NCBI RefSeq assembly: GCF_001194135.2
Contig: NC_068990.1
Location: 54,063,801 to 54,106,180 of the forward strand
DNA length: 42,380 bases
Direction of reading: 5' to 3'
Origin: Octopus bimaculoides
Taxonomy: Eukaryota
Shown: positions 14,000-26,912 of the stretch, one piece after another
Layout of the letters: each line of letters begins with the position of its first letter
How positions within the stretch are numbered: the stretch's first letter is position 1
Notes under the pieces: model-generated
Databases searched by the model: none
Seen by the model: only the letters and a program-made list of their open reading frames with translations
Told to the model about the DNA's origin: nothing
Translations under genes and position numbers: made by a program

Positions 14000-14645
14000 A
14001 TGGAGAGCAGGTATGGCTGCTGTTTATGAAGCACATTTTTCAGCAGCTCATCTTTTTGATAGAACAACAGCCTGAGTTAAGATGAAGATTAGGCACTTTG
14101 TTACAGCTTCTATCTAGTGGGACAAGATAACTGGTAAGGGATCCATCCTAGTATTCCAAAAACAAGGGTTAATGGAGGAAATAAGAGATGTCAGATAGGG
14201 AGAGACTTTGAGTATCAATACAGATCCACTCAGTAGTTTGAGCTAGAGCACTTTCATACCAGGCCTATAGAAACTTCCAGGAATCCCTGGCCTAGCAGTC
14301 CTAGTAACACTGACAGTGTGGGTTAAGCTTTATGGCAGTCTTATCAGTCAGACCAGACTAAGAGGTGCAGAGTGCAACAAAACCATTTTCTACACACTTA
14401 TTCTGTGTCTGAACATTGGTGACATATAGAACTTTGCATAACAGCCTTTATCACATGCAGGACAGATCCAGCTGTCAGTTGATTTTTGCCCTCAAGAAAA
14501 TTTTATGTAAGATGAAGGCATGAGGCAGCTGATTCTCAAATTTTGCCTCAAGGTTGTAGTCAGGACAGAGTATGAAATAGCTGGAACAGTAAGGTAGTCA
14601 GTCATAGAGCTATTCTGACCCACCCAGGGTGGCAGCTTTCCATCC
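14000..14645 (-). mobile_element. Possible decayed LINE 5' region with a Cys-rich (PHD-like) remnant
   Basis: The minus strand near 14470-14330 gives DSWICPACDKGC and frameshifted QC..VC/W..C pieces. It is heavily degraded. Confidence 0.3.
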
Positions 14646-14680
14646 CTTTTGTAAAGTTAGTACCTTTGTTATACACACAA

Positions 14681-14721
<41 letters not shown>

Positions 14722-15119
14722 AACACACATTTATGTTTATATTGTATCAAATTTTAACCTGATTCTCCTGTTATAACATTTTTGCTCCACCCCATCCATT
14801 CATTTATTGCATATAAACACCTCATCTTGTTTTTGTTAAACTGTAAGTGTATATTTTTGTATTACATGACAGGCCTTTGTGGACAATAAAGAAATCATTA
14901 TTATTATGAGTATCATTATTATTGTTATTATTATTATTATTATCATTATTATTCCGTTAGTTTCATGCAAGTCTCTTGCATTGCCACCACACTCACCTCC
15001 ATATTCTCCAACTATGTGCAGAATTGTCTGTTGGGAATATAAAACAGTGTTTGTGTGATACATCTGCTTTGCTTTGTTCTAAGATTTACCTTGTTGTTTC
15101 TAGTGCATTATCGTTATCA

Positions 15120-15154
<35 letters not shown>

Positions 15155-15210
15155 GACATTCTTATCATCATCATCACCTTCATCATTATTAGTTTTATAA
15201 TACATAGTTT

Positions 15211-15600
15211 GGAGTGGCTGTGTGGTAAGTAGCTTGCTTACCAACCACATGGTTCCGGGTTCAGTCCCACTGCGTGGGACCATGGGCAAGTGTCTTCTAC
15301 TATAGCCTCGGGTCGACCAAAGCCTTGTGAATGGATTTGGTAGACGGAAACTGAAAGAAGCCCATCGTATATATGTATATATATACATATACGTGTGTTT
15401 GTATGTCTGTTTGTCCCCACAACATCGCTTGACAACCGATGCTGGTGTGTTTATGTCCCCGTAACTTAGCGGTTCGGCAAAAGAGACCGATAGAATAAGT
15501 ACTAAGCTTACAAAGAATAAGTCCTAGGGGTGATTTGCTTGACTAAAGGCAGTGTTCCAGCATGACTGCAGTCAAATGACTGAAACAAGTAAAAGAGTAA
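15211..15600 (+). mobile_element. Full-length Octopus-type tRNA-derived SINE
   Basis: A-box TGGCTGTGTGG, B-box GGGTTCAGTCC (15257-67), an internal (TA/TG)n stretch and the tail gtcaaatgactgaaacaagtaaaagag. It is highly similar to the 15961 copy. Confidence 0.92.
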
Positions 15601-15960
15601 GTTCTTTTCTTGGAATAGGAATTTAGTATATCATCGTCATCATTTTAACATCTGCTTTTCCATGCCCACATGGGTTGGATGGAGTTTATTGAAACATTCT
15701 ATGACTGAATGATATTCTCACTGCCAACCCTCACTTCTTCAAAAATAAGGTTGAATTGGTACTAATTCTCCATAACTAGACATGTTTTCTTATGAAAGGC
15801 TGCAAATGACGATGTTTGTCTGACAGTGACACTCATTTACAACTATCATGCAATGTAAGGACAATAACATCAACATTGTTTTAAAGGCAGTGCTCCAGCA
15901 TGGCCACCATCAAATGACTGAAACAAGTAAAAGAATAAAAATAGATGTATGTATGTGTGT

Positions 15961-16264
15961 GTGGCTGTGTGGTAAGTAGCTTGTTTACCAACCACATGGT
16001 CCCAGGTTCAGTCCCACTGCATGGCATCTTGGGCAAGTGTCTTCTACTATAGCCTCGGGCCGACCAAAGCCTTGTGAGTGGATTTGGTAGACGGAAACTG
16101 AAAGAAGCCCGTCGGATATATGTATATATATATGTATGTGTGTATGTGTTTGTGTGTCTGTGTTTGTCCCCCCAACATCGCTTGACAACCAATGCTGGTG
16201 TGTTTATGTCCCCATAACTTAGCGGTTCGGCAAAAAGAGACCGATAGAATAAGTACTAGGCTTA
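15961..16264 (+). mobile_element. Octopus-type tRNA-derived SINE, truncated by a gap
   Basis: Same head and body as the 15211 copy. Confidence 0.92.
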
Positions 16265-16710
16265 NNNNNNNNNNNNNNNNNNNNNNNNNNNNNNNNNNNN
16301 NNNNNNNNNNNNNNNNNNNNNNNNNNNNNNNNNNNNNNNNNNNNNNNNNNNNNNNNNNNNNNNNNNNNNNNNNNNNNNNNNNNNNNNNNNNNNNNNNNNN
16401 NNNNNNNNNNNNNNNNNNNNNNNNNNNNNNNNNNNNNNNNNNNNNNNNNNNNNNNNNNNNNNNNNNNNNNNNNNNNNNNNNNNNNNNNNNNNNNNNNNNN
16501 NNNNNNNNNNNNNNNNNNNNNNNNNNNNNNNNNNNNNNNNNNNNNNNNNNNNNNNNNNNNNNNNNNNNNNNNNNNNNNNNNNNNAAATATTACATAAGTT
16601 TTCACTTGGACCTTTCATGTGAATTGGCAATGAAAGCAGAGTTGGTACAGAAACAATTGGAACTGATCGCTAAAGATGTGTTAGTCTTTCATTGTCTTCT
16701 TATTTGGATT

Positions 16711-16741
<31 letters not shown>

Positions 16742-18963
16742 ATGGGCTTTTTTCATTTTCTGTCTATAAAAATCCACTAACAAGGCTTTGGTCTTCCCAT
16801 GGCTCTAGTATTAATAAATGACACTTGTCCAAGGTACCACACAGTAGGACCAAACCTGAAACCACGTGGTTGGGAAGTAAACTTCTCAAGTACACAGCCT
16901 CATTTGGAAAATATTCATGAACTCAACATTAGCAGGAAAATTCAATGGCAAATATGAAGTTACGAGGATCAACACAAAAGTTCAAGGTTAACTGAGGGTT
17001 AACACATATCTTTTATCTTTTACTTGTTTTAAACTGATACAATGCTTGGGCACTGCCTTGAAGAATTTTAGTCAAACTTAGTGACCCCAGTATTTATTAT
17101 TTTTTTGTAAAGTCTGGTTACAAGGATGTAAACATGCCAACACCAGCTGTCAAGCAGTAGTGAGGGACACAAACACACTCGCACACACATATATACAACA
17201 GGCTTCTTTCCATTTCTGTCACCCAAATCTTCTCACAAGGCTTTAGCCAGCCCAAGGTTAAACAGAAGACACTTACCGAAGGTGCCATGCAGTGGCACTG
17301 AACCCAGAACTATGCGGTTGGGAAGCAAGCTTCATACCACACAGCCATGCTTTCACCTATTATATATAACATTTGCTGTGTGTGTGCATGTGTGTATGTG
17401 TGTGTGTGTGTGTGTGCGCGCGTGTGAGTGCATGTGCATACACACACACATACATACATCAGTGTTGGTATTATTGTCTTCACATTGCACGATGGTTGTA
17501 AATGCCATACAAGCAGCGTCATTTCCAGTCTTCCATAAGAAAACATTTCTAGTTACAGAGAAATAGTACCAAAAGTACCTTGTTTTGGAAGAAGTGAGGG
17601 TTGGCAACAAGAAATCAACCAGTCATAGAATGCTTCAATAAACGCCATCCAACCTACATGGGTTGGATTGTTACAGATATACCTTGTCCCTCCCCCACCC
17701 CGACTTCACTGACAACCACACCATGCACTCCACCATGCAGTGTTTGATTGCAAGGATGCAGTGTGGCGATCTCGAGCTGTCCTTTTCTCCAAAATCTAGT
17801 CTTTCTGTTGCAGATTCTATTGATGTTGTTCAGCTCCAGGTCAAAACCTTGACCCAGCATTCCTCCCATGAGCATCCCATCCTTGAGAGAAGACTGTCTA
17901 GAACTACATTATCTCAAGTGTGTCCTTCCTTTTCTTTAAGATAGTGCAGTATGATTTGAATGATATTAGGTTGCTATTTCAAGTTGCAATGATCATAAAG
18001 AGACCCCCTTCATTGGCTTTCTCATTTTTATTTTGTTGGTGGTGGTCATGGAGGTTGTTATTTAACCCCAGGTCTATCCTGATCAAGCAGACTTAAGACC
18101 AAAGGTGTTTCAACTACAACCATCATGTATTTTCATACACAGTATTACATATCTTTAGGACTGCCTTATCCAATATGTCCTTCTAAGACATTAATTTGAA
18201 GGCAGTCTAGCTGTTAATTCTGCCTGGTTGAGTGACCATATGGAGGTTTTCTCATTGAATAATATACTTGCTTTTACTGGTAGTGGCCATGGCATGATAA
18301 TCAGTGTTGCTGGTTAAAGGATAGAGGTAGAAGAGGAGGTTATTGTGATGGTGATAACGATGAAGGCATTGATGTTCATGTTTTGTTGCTAGCAGGTAGT
18401 AGTAGTAGTAGTTATTGCTGCAGATAGAAGTATTAGAGGTAGAAGTAGTAGTTATTGCTGCAGATAGCAGTATTTCAGTTGTATGAAATCTGACTCTATT
18501 TTTGTTAACTCAGCAGATAACTATGTGCCATTTCATAACTGCAACAACAACCACAACAAAAATGTACCATTGTAATATAGTTGACTCTGAATTATTTCAG
18601 AAATTATTCCAGATAACAATAGAAACATCGTTGATTTAAAAGATTGTTAAGGTACCACAATCATTCATGGCTTTGGCTATGAATGAGGATCCTTACACCT
18701 GCTTCTTCTTCCTCTATGCTAGGCTCAAAGAAGAAGTAATGTCTTTTGATTGATATCATGCTAACAACAGTGAGGAGGATGAGGATGTCAATAATGATGA
18801 TAATGATGATGATTCTGATAATGAAAATGATGGTGGTTATGATAATGATGATGATAAATATGACAATAATGATGATAATCATAACAACAATGATTATGAC
18901 AACAATAATGATGATAATAATGATAAAGAGATATATTTTAAAACCTATTCTGAAGATATACTA

Positions 18964-19871
18964 TTAGGTCATCCCATAAATAACGCATTTTTTAATACTT
19001 CCTTTTATTTTTCAAAATTAAGATAAACAAAGTTCTTTTTTAATCTAGAATACACTCTCCTTCATTTTCTACAATGCTCTTCCATCTGTCTGGTAGATTT
19101 GCAAGACCCCTCTTCCAAAATTCACTTGTCTGTAACAAAAAATACTTCTCCAGTGCTGTTCTGTCTTCGTCTACAGAATTCATATTTTTTCTATCCAAAT
19201 GATTTTGAAGACTGCAGAATATTTGATAATCGGATGTCCAATGAATGGTGGATGGGGCATCATTTCACATTCAAACTGCTCCAGCCTTTGGAATGTTATC
19301 CTAACTGTATGTGGCAGAGTATTATCCTGATGGAAGAATACCTTTTGTCTTGAAATCAAAGACGGTCATTTTCCAATGGCATGTACGTGTCGATGAATGG
19401 TTGAATGACCAAATCCAAGCTTCTCTGCTAGTTCCTCAATAATTACGATGGGATTTTGCTCCACCAGGATTTGCAGGACATCCTCATCAAGCTGAACAGA
19501 TCTTCCAGGATGGGGCTGGTTTTCTAGGCTGTAGTTCCTGGCTCAAAATTTCTGGAACCACCATTCACACTAGCTTAAGCTTATTGTCCGATCCCCATAT
19601 TAATGTTCCTTGCACTTTCCATTGCATTGTTGCTTTTATTGAACTCATAGAGCAAAATATGCCAAACATGCTCCTTTGTACTTTCATTCTAGCTTTGAAA
19701 AAATAGCTGTTAAAATCAAACTGCACCCTTCAAAACTTGCACTAAGAATAAGGACAAGGTAAAATTACTACCAGCTTTTATAGTAAGTTGATGCAGGTAG
19801 TTTATCCCATATCCCTCTGACTTTTAGTTCATGCAATTGAAAAAAACCACATTATTTATGGGAAGACCTGT
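18964..19871 (-). mobile_element. Internally deleted mariner
   Basis: TA-flanked TIRs with core AGGTC(A/T)TCCCATAAATAA at both ends. The minus strand retains HILLYEFNK, the HTH region, FFHQDN and the C-terminus, and lacks the WVPHEL linker and the TGDEKW block. Confidence 0.92.
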
Positions 19872-21397
19872 TAAATGCTTTCCATGTTTTGGTAGGGAGG
19901 AGGTGTTGGTTTCTCCATATAGATTTTTGCTTGTTTTTGTTTTTTCTCATTGATTCCAGCTCCTTGTCTCCTTTTCTCTCATCCCCTCCCCCACCCCCAT
20001 CCAGCACCATACAATTATCCAACTCACCAACACCAAAAGAAGACTTATCTAATCACTTCTTGAAAACATGCCTTCAGACAAGATAATTTAGATAAATCTT
20101 TACACATGCCACTCTTTATTCTAACCTGCTTTTTTCATGCTACCTACAATGTTATTGCAATTGGTTGTTGTTAACACTGTTGCTCTCATTGTTTTCAACA
20201 TTGCCTTTCCTCTACTTCGTCTAATGGCAATTTCTGAACTACTTATTATACAAGTGTTGTGGCCAATCCAAAAGTTGGTGGTGCCTCACACAACTCAATA
20301 ACCATCATCATAATCATCATTTTAACAATCACTTTTCCATGTTTGCATGGGTCAGATAGAGTTTATTGAGGCAGATTTTCTCTGGAAAGATACCCTTCCT
20401 GCTGCTAACTCTTATCTGTTTCCAAATAAGTTAATATTTCCCCATGGCCAGACAAATTTTTGAAGAATAATGGAATCGAATGAACCCACTTGTATGACAG
20501 TAACACTCATTTACAATTATCACGTAATGACAAGACAAAGAGACACAAACATACACACACTCACATATATATATANNNNNNNNNNNNNNNNNNNNNNNNN
20601 NNNNNNNNNNNNNNNNNNNNNNNNNNNNNNNNNNNNNNNNNNNNNNNNNNNNNNNNNNNNNNNNNNNNNNNNNNNNNNNNNNNNNNNNNNNNNNNNNNNN
20701 NNNNNNNNNNNNNNNNNNNNNNNNNNNNNNNNNNNNNNNNNNNNNNNNNNNNNNNNNNNNNNNNNNNNNNNNNNNNNNNNNNNNNNNNNNNNNNNNNNNN
20801 NNNNNNNNNNNNNNNNNNNNNNNNNNNNNNNNNNNNNNNNNNNNNNNNNNNNNNNNNNNNNNNNNNNNNNNNNNNNNNNNNNNNNNNNNNNNNNNNNNNN
20901 NNNNNNNNNNNNNNNNNNNNNNNNNNNNNNNNNNNNNNNNNNNNNNNNNNNNNNNNNNNNNNNNNNNNNNNNNNNNNNNNNNNNNNNNNNNNNNNNNNNN
21001 NNNNNNNNNNNNNNNNNNNNNNNNNNNNNNNNNNNNNNNNNNNNNNNNNNNNNNNNNNNNNNNNNNNNNNNNNNNNNNNNNNNNNNNNNNNNNNNNNNNN
21101 NNNNNNNNNNNNNNNNNNNNNNNNNNNNNNNNNNNNNNNNNNNNNNNNNNNNNNNNNNNNNNNNNNNNNNNNNNNNNNNNNNNNNNNNNNNNNNNNNNNN
21201 NNNNNNNNNNNNNNNNNNNNNNNNNNNNNNNNNNNNNNNNNNNNNNNNNNNNNNNNNNNNNNNNNNNNNNNNNNNNNNNNNNNNNNNNNNNNNNNNNNNN
21301 NNNNNNNNNNNNNNNNNNNNNNNNNNNNNNNNNNNNNNNNNNNNNNNNNNNNNNNTATATATATATATATATATACACACACACATACATAATAAAT

Positions 21398-21458
<61 letters not shown>

Positions 21459-21840
21459 GGCAGGCAGGCAGGCAGGCAGAGACAGAGAGAGGTAGGCTTC
21501 TTTCAGTTTGCATCTACCAAATCTACTAAAAAGGCTTTGATCAGCTCAGGGCTATAGAGAAAGGCACTTGTCTAAGGGGCCATACAATAGGAATGAATCC
21601 AAAACCATGTAGGTGGGAAGCAAACTTCTTAATGACACAGCCACACCTGTGGGAGAGTATTACTGGTATTGACTATAACAAAGACTACCACAGTTAAATT
21701 GTTGCAGTGTTAGCCAAAACATTGATAGTTCATATTTCATCATTTATGCTATTGTACTGATCAATGCAGGCAAAGACACTCAACACCTCACTGATCAAAT
21801 TAATCTATCAGGTTCTAAACAGCAAGGTATAATGAAGAAG

Positions 21841-21975
21841 TGTAGCTAACCACTGAAAGATGTGGTGTAACTGACTACTATAGGAAAAGATGTAACAGAC
21901 TATTGTAGGAAATAGTGTAACTGACCACAATAAGAAATACTGCAACTAACTACAATAAGATGTGTTGTAACAGTT
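21841..21975. repeat. Degenerate 25-bp minisatellite (5 units plus a partial)
   Basis: Units start at 21841, 21866, 21891, 21916, 21941 and 21966 and resemble tgtaactgactacaataggaaat. Confidence 0.85.
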
Positions 21976-21978
21976 TAA

Positions 21979-22199
21979 CCCTTTAGCATTCAGATAACTC
22001 TATTAAATGTAATGCTGATTTATTCATATTGTTTTGTATTAATCATGCATTACCTCATATAGCTTTCAGATTTCAATGATGTGATTGTTTATTTTTAGAA
22101 TGTCATTGTAGGTAAGTGTGAGAGGCTAGATATGGCCAGTCTGAAAGTAAAACTGATAGAATATTTGGGGTGGATATGGCTGATTTAATTACTAAAGGG
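21979..22199. mobile_element. piggyBac-type MITE (second family)
   Basis: TTAA|CCCTTTAG...CTAAAGGG|TTAA, with TTAA at 21975-78 and 22200-03. Confidence 0.82.
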
Positions 22200-22959
22200 T
22201 TAAATTGTGTTTCACAATAAAAGTTTACTGTAGAATTTGATTTTCACATCCATTACCTTACTGTAGGAACAGTTGCTTTCTCCAGATCCAAATGTTGTAC
22301 ATTATAACTTAACAACATGCTCACTAATCATCCAGTACTCTACACAAGTTGCAGTAGTAACCTGTGCCCACCTATAGGACCTATTCATAAGTAGATGGAC
22401 TAATCCAGAGACAGTTGTACCCTACAACAATGATAATGGAAGACAAACCACCAACACATCATTCACTTTTTTAAAAACATCATTGTTATCATATCTGCTT
22501 TATCCATGGGATAGACAGGACTTTTTGAGCCAGTGCTTCATGGCCAGATGCCCTTCTTTTAGTCATCTCTCACAAAATACAAGGGTACAGTATGCTGATT
22601 CTAAAAACTGGAATATGCACCAATTCCGCCAATAGGCCCCATGAAAGTAAACAAATGTTCAAAAACTATCTATATGAAAACTTTCCATCAAAATTTTATG
22701 TTGATTTGTGTTCCAAATAGCAACTTAAAACTTTCTATAATAGCCACAAGGACTGAAATTTGGGAAGGTGTGGGGTGCAAGTCGATTACATTGATCCCAG
22801 TGATAACTTCAGAGGAACAACAGTTCTCTCCTTGAGTACATCTTGCTTGACTCTGTTATGTGGCTGTATAACCAACTAGACATAGCAGTCAAATTCCTTT
22901 CAAATCACACCCTGTCATCTTAACAATATCATCACCAAATCATAACCATTACCACCACC

Positions 22960-23245
22960 AAACAATCTTCCCCAGCCACCACTACCACCACCATACTATC
23001 AGCATTACAAAACATTCGTATTCCTTGCCACCACCACAATCCTCACCAACATCACCACTATCACCACCACCATCATCCTCACCACCACCACAATCCTCAC
23101 CAACATCACCACTATCACCACCACTNNNNNNNNNNNNNNNNNNNGCCACCACCACAATCCTCACCAACATCACCACTATCACCACCACCATCATCCTCAC
23201 CACCACCACAATCCTCACCAACATCACCACTATCACCACCACTTC
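22960..23245. repeat. ACC-rich minisatellite spanning a 19-N gap
   Basis: Repeated ccaccaccacaatcctcaccaacatcaccactatca units. Confidence 0.9.
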
Positions 23246-23272
23246 ACTATATTAATAAGGTAAGCCACTCAC

Positions 23273-23304
23273 CTGTCGTGGATACGGAATGCGATAGTGC
23301 AGAG
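23273..23304 (-). CDS. LYRM1: LYRM1 third coding exon (32-nt microexon)
   Basis: ctcttctctttcatctttCAG|CT CTG CAC TAT CGC ATT CCG TAT CCA CGA CAG|GTGAGT gives (A)LHYRIPYPRQ, the LHY-x-IPYPR signature of LYRM1. It completes the phase-1 codon left by the previous exon. Confidence 0.93.
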
Positions 23305-23829
23305 CTGAAAGATGAAAGAGAAGAGATTGTAATGAGTAGATTAGGTATACACACACAAATATGTCACACATGTGCAAAAACACATAGACACACATACACT
23401 CATAGATACACATTTACAGAGATGCATCATTGTCACAGTATCTTTGTCCGTCCAGTAAGAAATCCATCTAATGGTAGAAAGCTGTAGATTCAAGTTCAGC
23501 ATGAGATGGACTATTGTGACATCATAAGAAAGAGAGAAGCAGGGCTGAAATTCCACACAGGGCCATAGGAGGATTTGAACACAGTACCCTAAGCCAGTGA
23601 GTCTCAAACATATTTCATCATGGAATGACCCTGTTATACAATGACCAGAGAGCTAATAAATTAAACAAAACAAAAATATTTTTGAGAGAGAGAAATGTCA
23701 TTTCTATTTAAAAAAAAAACATAATGAATAATGTTAAGGTTATTCCACCAGAAATTATAACCAGCACTGATTTTTTGCTACAATGTTTCATATCGAGATG
23801 TCAGATGAATAATGAATAATAATGGTAAT

Positions 23830-24060
23830 TTAGAAGTGATAATATCTGTAATTAGGACACTAGGGTCAATCCCATTGAACCTTCAAAACTTCTTAAAGTA
23901 GTTGGAAACACCCTGCAAGATTGGTGTTAAACCTTACAAGGTACTGCACACATTTTAAGGAAAGTATTAGCGTCTAAGGTGCTTGTGGTGACATGACAAA
24001 TGACTAAATACTTCAGTGCATTTTCCATCTACACTGCATGAGAAAGTAATAACAATAATG
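23830..24060 (+). mobile_element. RLE-type (R4/Dong-like) LINE extreme 3' end
   Basis: Reads VIRTLGSIPLNLQNFLK*...GTAHILRKVLAS, then a (AAT/GAT)n tail. Confidence 0.7.
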
Positions 24061-24347
24061 ATGATGATGATGAATTATTTTTAAAATGGAGAATACTACC
24101 CTTTTTTATATAGGGACAGGAATGGCTATGTGATTAAGAATTTTGCATTGCAACCATATTTTTCACATTCAGTCCCACAGTCAGGCATCTTGAGTAGGTG
24201 TCTTCTATACTCCTGGGACAACCAATACTACCCAAGTGAATTTGATAGAAAGAAACTGTAGAAAGTCCATTGAGTATGGATAGATAGATGGGTGGGTGAA
24301 TGGATGGCACCCAACCCATGCCAGCATGGACATCAAAAGATGATATA

Positions 24348-25110
24348 CACAAAATGGCTTCAGAAGGTTCCCAGACTAGTCACGTTTAATAAAAAACTTA
24401 TTTACCTAAGTTTTAACATCATCTCTCAACAATAAACTGGTTCCAGTATTCCTGCCACTTTTGGAATCTGGCCTGAAAGTCATTTTCTGTGAGTTGAGAA
24501 CCTTCTGCAATTCGCTCTTTATTTTATCAATGGGGTTAAAACAGTGACCTCTGAGCTGCATTTTCATCTAGGTGTAGAGATGGAAGTCCGCAGGTACAAA
24601 ATCTGGTGAATAAGATGGGTGTGGAAGTGAGACCGTGTTGTTTCTAATAAGAAACTCACAAGAGAGGAGAGTTTGATGACAGGGTGCATTGTCATTTGTG
24701 CTCCACAGATCCGGTTGCTTTTGTTGAATGTCCTCCCTCAAATACTTCAAAACATCACAGTAGAACTTTTGACTGACAGTCTGGCCCTGGGGGATGAATT
24801 CTCAATGCACAAAAACACATTTCCAGGAGTGACACTCGTGGCAGGTCTTCCACATCACTCATCATCTTCCAGGGACGTTCTTCTGTTTTTGAAATGCCTG
24901 GACCACTCCAAACATTGCATACAACACATTGCCTTGTCACTGTAAACTTGCCAAAGCATGGTCATTGTCTCTGTAGCAGACTTCCCAAGTTTAACGCAAA
25001 ATTTCACATTGGCTCTTTGTTCCAACTTCCTCTCTATTACAAAATCATAGACTACAGCATACACATGATCACAAAAACACAAATTTCACAACTTGCAAAG
25101 TAAACACAGT
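24348..25110 (-). mobile_element. Mariner copy A (internally deleted; 5' TIR lost)
   Basis: The minus strand reads LEQRANVKFCVKLGKSATET..., EFIPQGQTV..LKYLREDIQQK..DNAPCH, YSPDFVPADFHLY. A degenerate TIR lies at 24348. Confidence 0.9.
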
Positions 25111-25112
25111 GT

Positions 25113-25885
25113 TGGCAGTGATAGCTAGCAGTGACCTTTATGAGGCAGTGTGCCAAGTGACATTGCTATGTTTATTTCACAAGTTGTGAAATTTGTGATT
25201 TTGTGATCACGCGTATGCTGTAGTCATGGACAGGAAGTTGGAACAAAGAGCCAATGTGATATTGGAACAAGGAGTCAATGAGTTGTACACAATGTTTTGA
25301 ATGTCACAAGCACTTCAAAAGTGGAAGAACATCCCTAGAAGATGATGAGCAATCTGGAAGGCCTGCCATGAACATGACCCCAAAAATGTGGAGAAAATTC
25401 ATCAGCTTGTGCATAAGGATCATCAGAGGACAATCAATGACATTTTGAAGCATTTGAAGAAGGACGTTTGGCGAAAACAACAATGATCAGTGGAGCACAA
25501 AGAATTGGATTCTGCACAACAACGATGCACCCTGTCACCAAGCTCTCCTCACTCGTGAGTTTCTTGCCAAAAACAATATGGTATCACTTACACAACTGTC
25601 CTATTCACCAGATTTAGCACATGTGGACTTCCATCTTTACACCAAGATGAAAATGCAGCTCAAAGGTTGCAGTTTTAAGACTGTTGTAGAGATCAAGAGC
25701 AAATCACTGAAGGTCCTTGACTTGCTTATGGAAAACAACTTGCAGGCCAGATTCCAAAAGTGGCAGAAACACTGGGACTGATGTATTACTGTGACCATTT
25801 CAAAAGAGACGATGCTAAAACTTAGGTAAATAAAATTATTTTTTATTAAACATAACTAGTCCAGGAACCTATTGATACCACCTCG
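25113..25885 (+). mobile_element. Mariner copy B (internally deleted; 5' TIR lost)
   Basis: MDRKLEQRAN..., YSPDLAHVDFHLYTKMKMQLKG (ORF 25578-25781). The TIR ...tgataccacctcg|TA ends at 25885. Confidence 0.9.
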
Positions 25886-26238
25886 TATGTGATACTGGGT
25901 GAAAATGATGGGGAGAGTTAAGAAAGTAACTATGTCTGCACACAATATTCTCACTGGCAACTAAAACAGTGAAAGCTTCATACACATTATTGAGCCAAAC
26001 TTGCTCACAGGTGATGGCTAGCTCTACACAGAAAACTGCTGTAACACTGCCTGTAGGAATCATTCTTCATGTCTGCTGGAAACCGTGCAGCAATTCTATT
26101 CACTATTCTATGGCAACATCACAACTTTAACTTTCCAAATTAGATGCCTTAAATTAACATGCTACAATTTCTCATACCAGTGGCATGTCAGTGGAGATCA
26201 CTGCCTTTACAGTATCAAGGTATGATATTATATATCTA

Positions 26239-26686
26239 CTAGCAGCTAAACCTGGTTTCACCCGGTCAGTTTGGATGATGTAGCTGTAAAACCTGCTCAG
26301 TGTAAGCATTCAACTTGTTTGGGCACGCTTACATTAAAAAACAATTTTAGAATGAGTTTTTTCTGTCAAAGCGCTAAAAATAACTGACCAACAAAAAAAA
26401 AACAACCAAGAGTCAACTAAATCAAAAAATAAACCCAAATACTAAGCGAACAAAGATGAACTATCCCAGTTCCATTGCACATGCACACGCACACACACAC
26501 ACACAAACACACAGATTCACATACTCCCTCTTTACATACACACACATATATTCACACAGAGTTGAAATGCTGTTTGATTTATTTTTTCAGCGTACACTAC
26601 CAAGTATGATATCACCCTTTCCTTCCTTATTCCTCTATCACCCCTTCCTTTCTCATTCATAAACACAAGAGTATCATTATAGTAGA
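26239..26686 (-). mobile_element. Complete non-autonomous Helitron (448 bp)
   Basis: On the minus strand it has A|TCTACTATAAT at the 5' end and the subterminal hairpin CCGGGTGAAACCAGG followed by CTAG|T at the 3' end. It is inserted between A and T with no TSD, which are canonical Helitron termini. Confidence 0.8.
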
Positions 26687-26912
26687 TTATCTCGGTAACC
26701 ATGGGAGCTATGAAAAAATACAAAGCCCACCATCACCATTGGATCATTCTACACATCTGTGTAATTTTTTGTGCAATTCCACACAGTTGTTTCTTGTATC
26801 TTCCTGGCATTGTCATTCAACAGACATTACACTGATATCATTTGTCTGGATTCCATTTACAACCAAGTGCACTAGACCATTGTAAGTGGAAGGTGTGACA
26901 TTCAGAGCTTAC

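Noticed and set aside
15211-15290. tRNA-like A/B boxes (also at 15961, 12561 and 13350)
   Set aside because: These are SINE heads with no complete cloverleaf, so they were not called as tRNA genes.
9270-21513. Long ORFs of 120-360 aa at 9270-9889, 11902-12402, 16192-16821 and 20431-21513
   Set aside because: They are composed of X residues from N-gaps and flanking dinucleotide repeats.
21841-21975. CRISPR-like periodicity here and in the RTE subrepeats
   Set aside because: There are no unique spacers between conserved repeats and no cas genes, and the context is eukaryotic.
23026-23243. Apparent exact duplication of about 100 bp on either side of a 19-N gap
   Set aside because: Most likely an unmerged contig overlap within a minisatellite.
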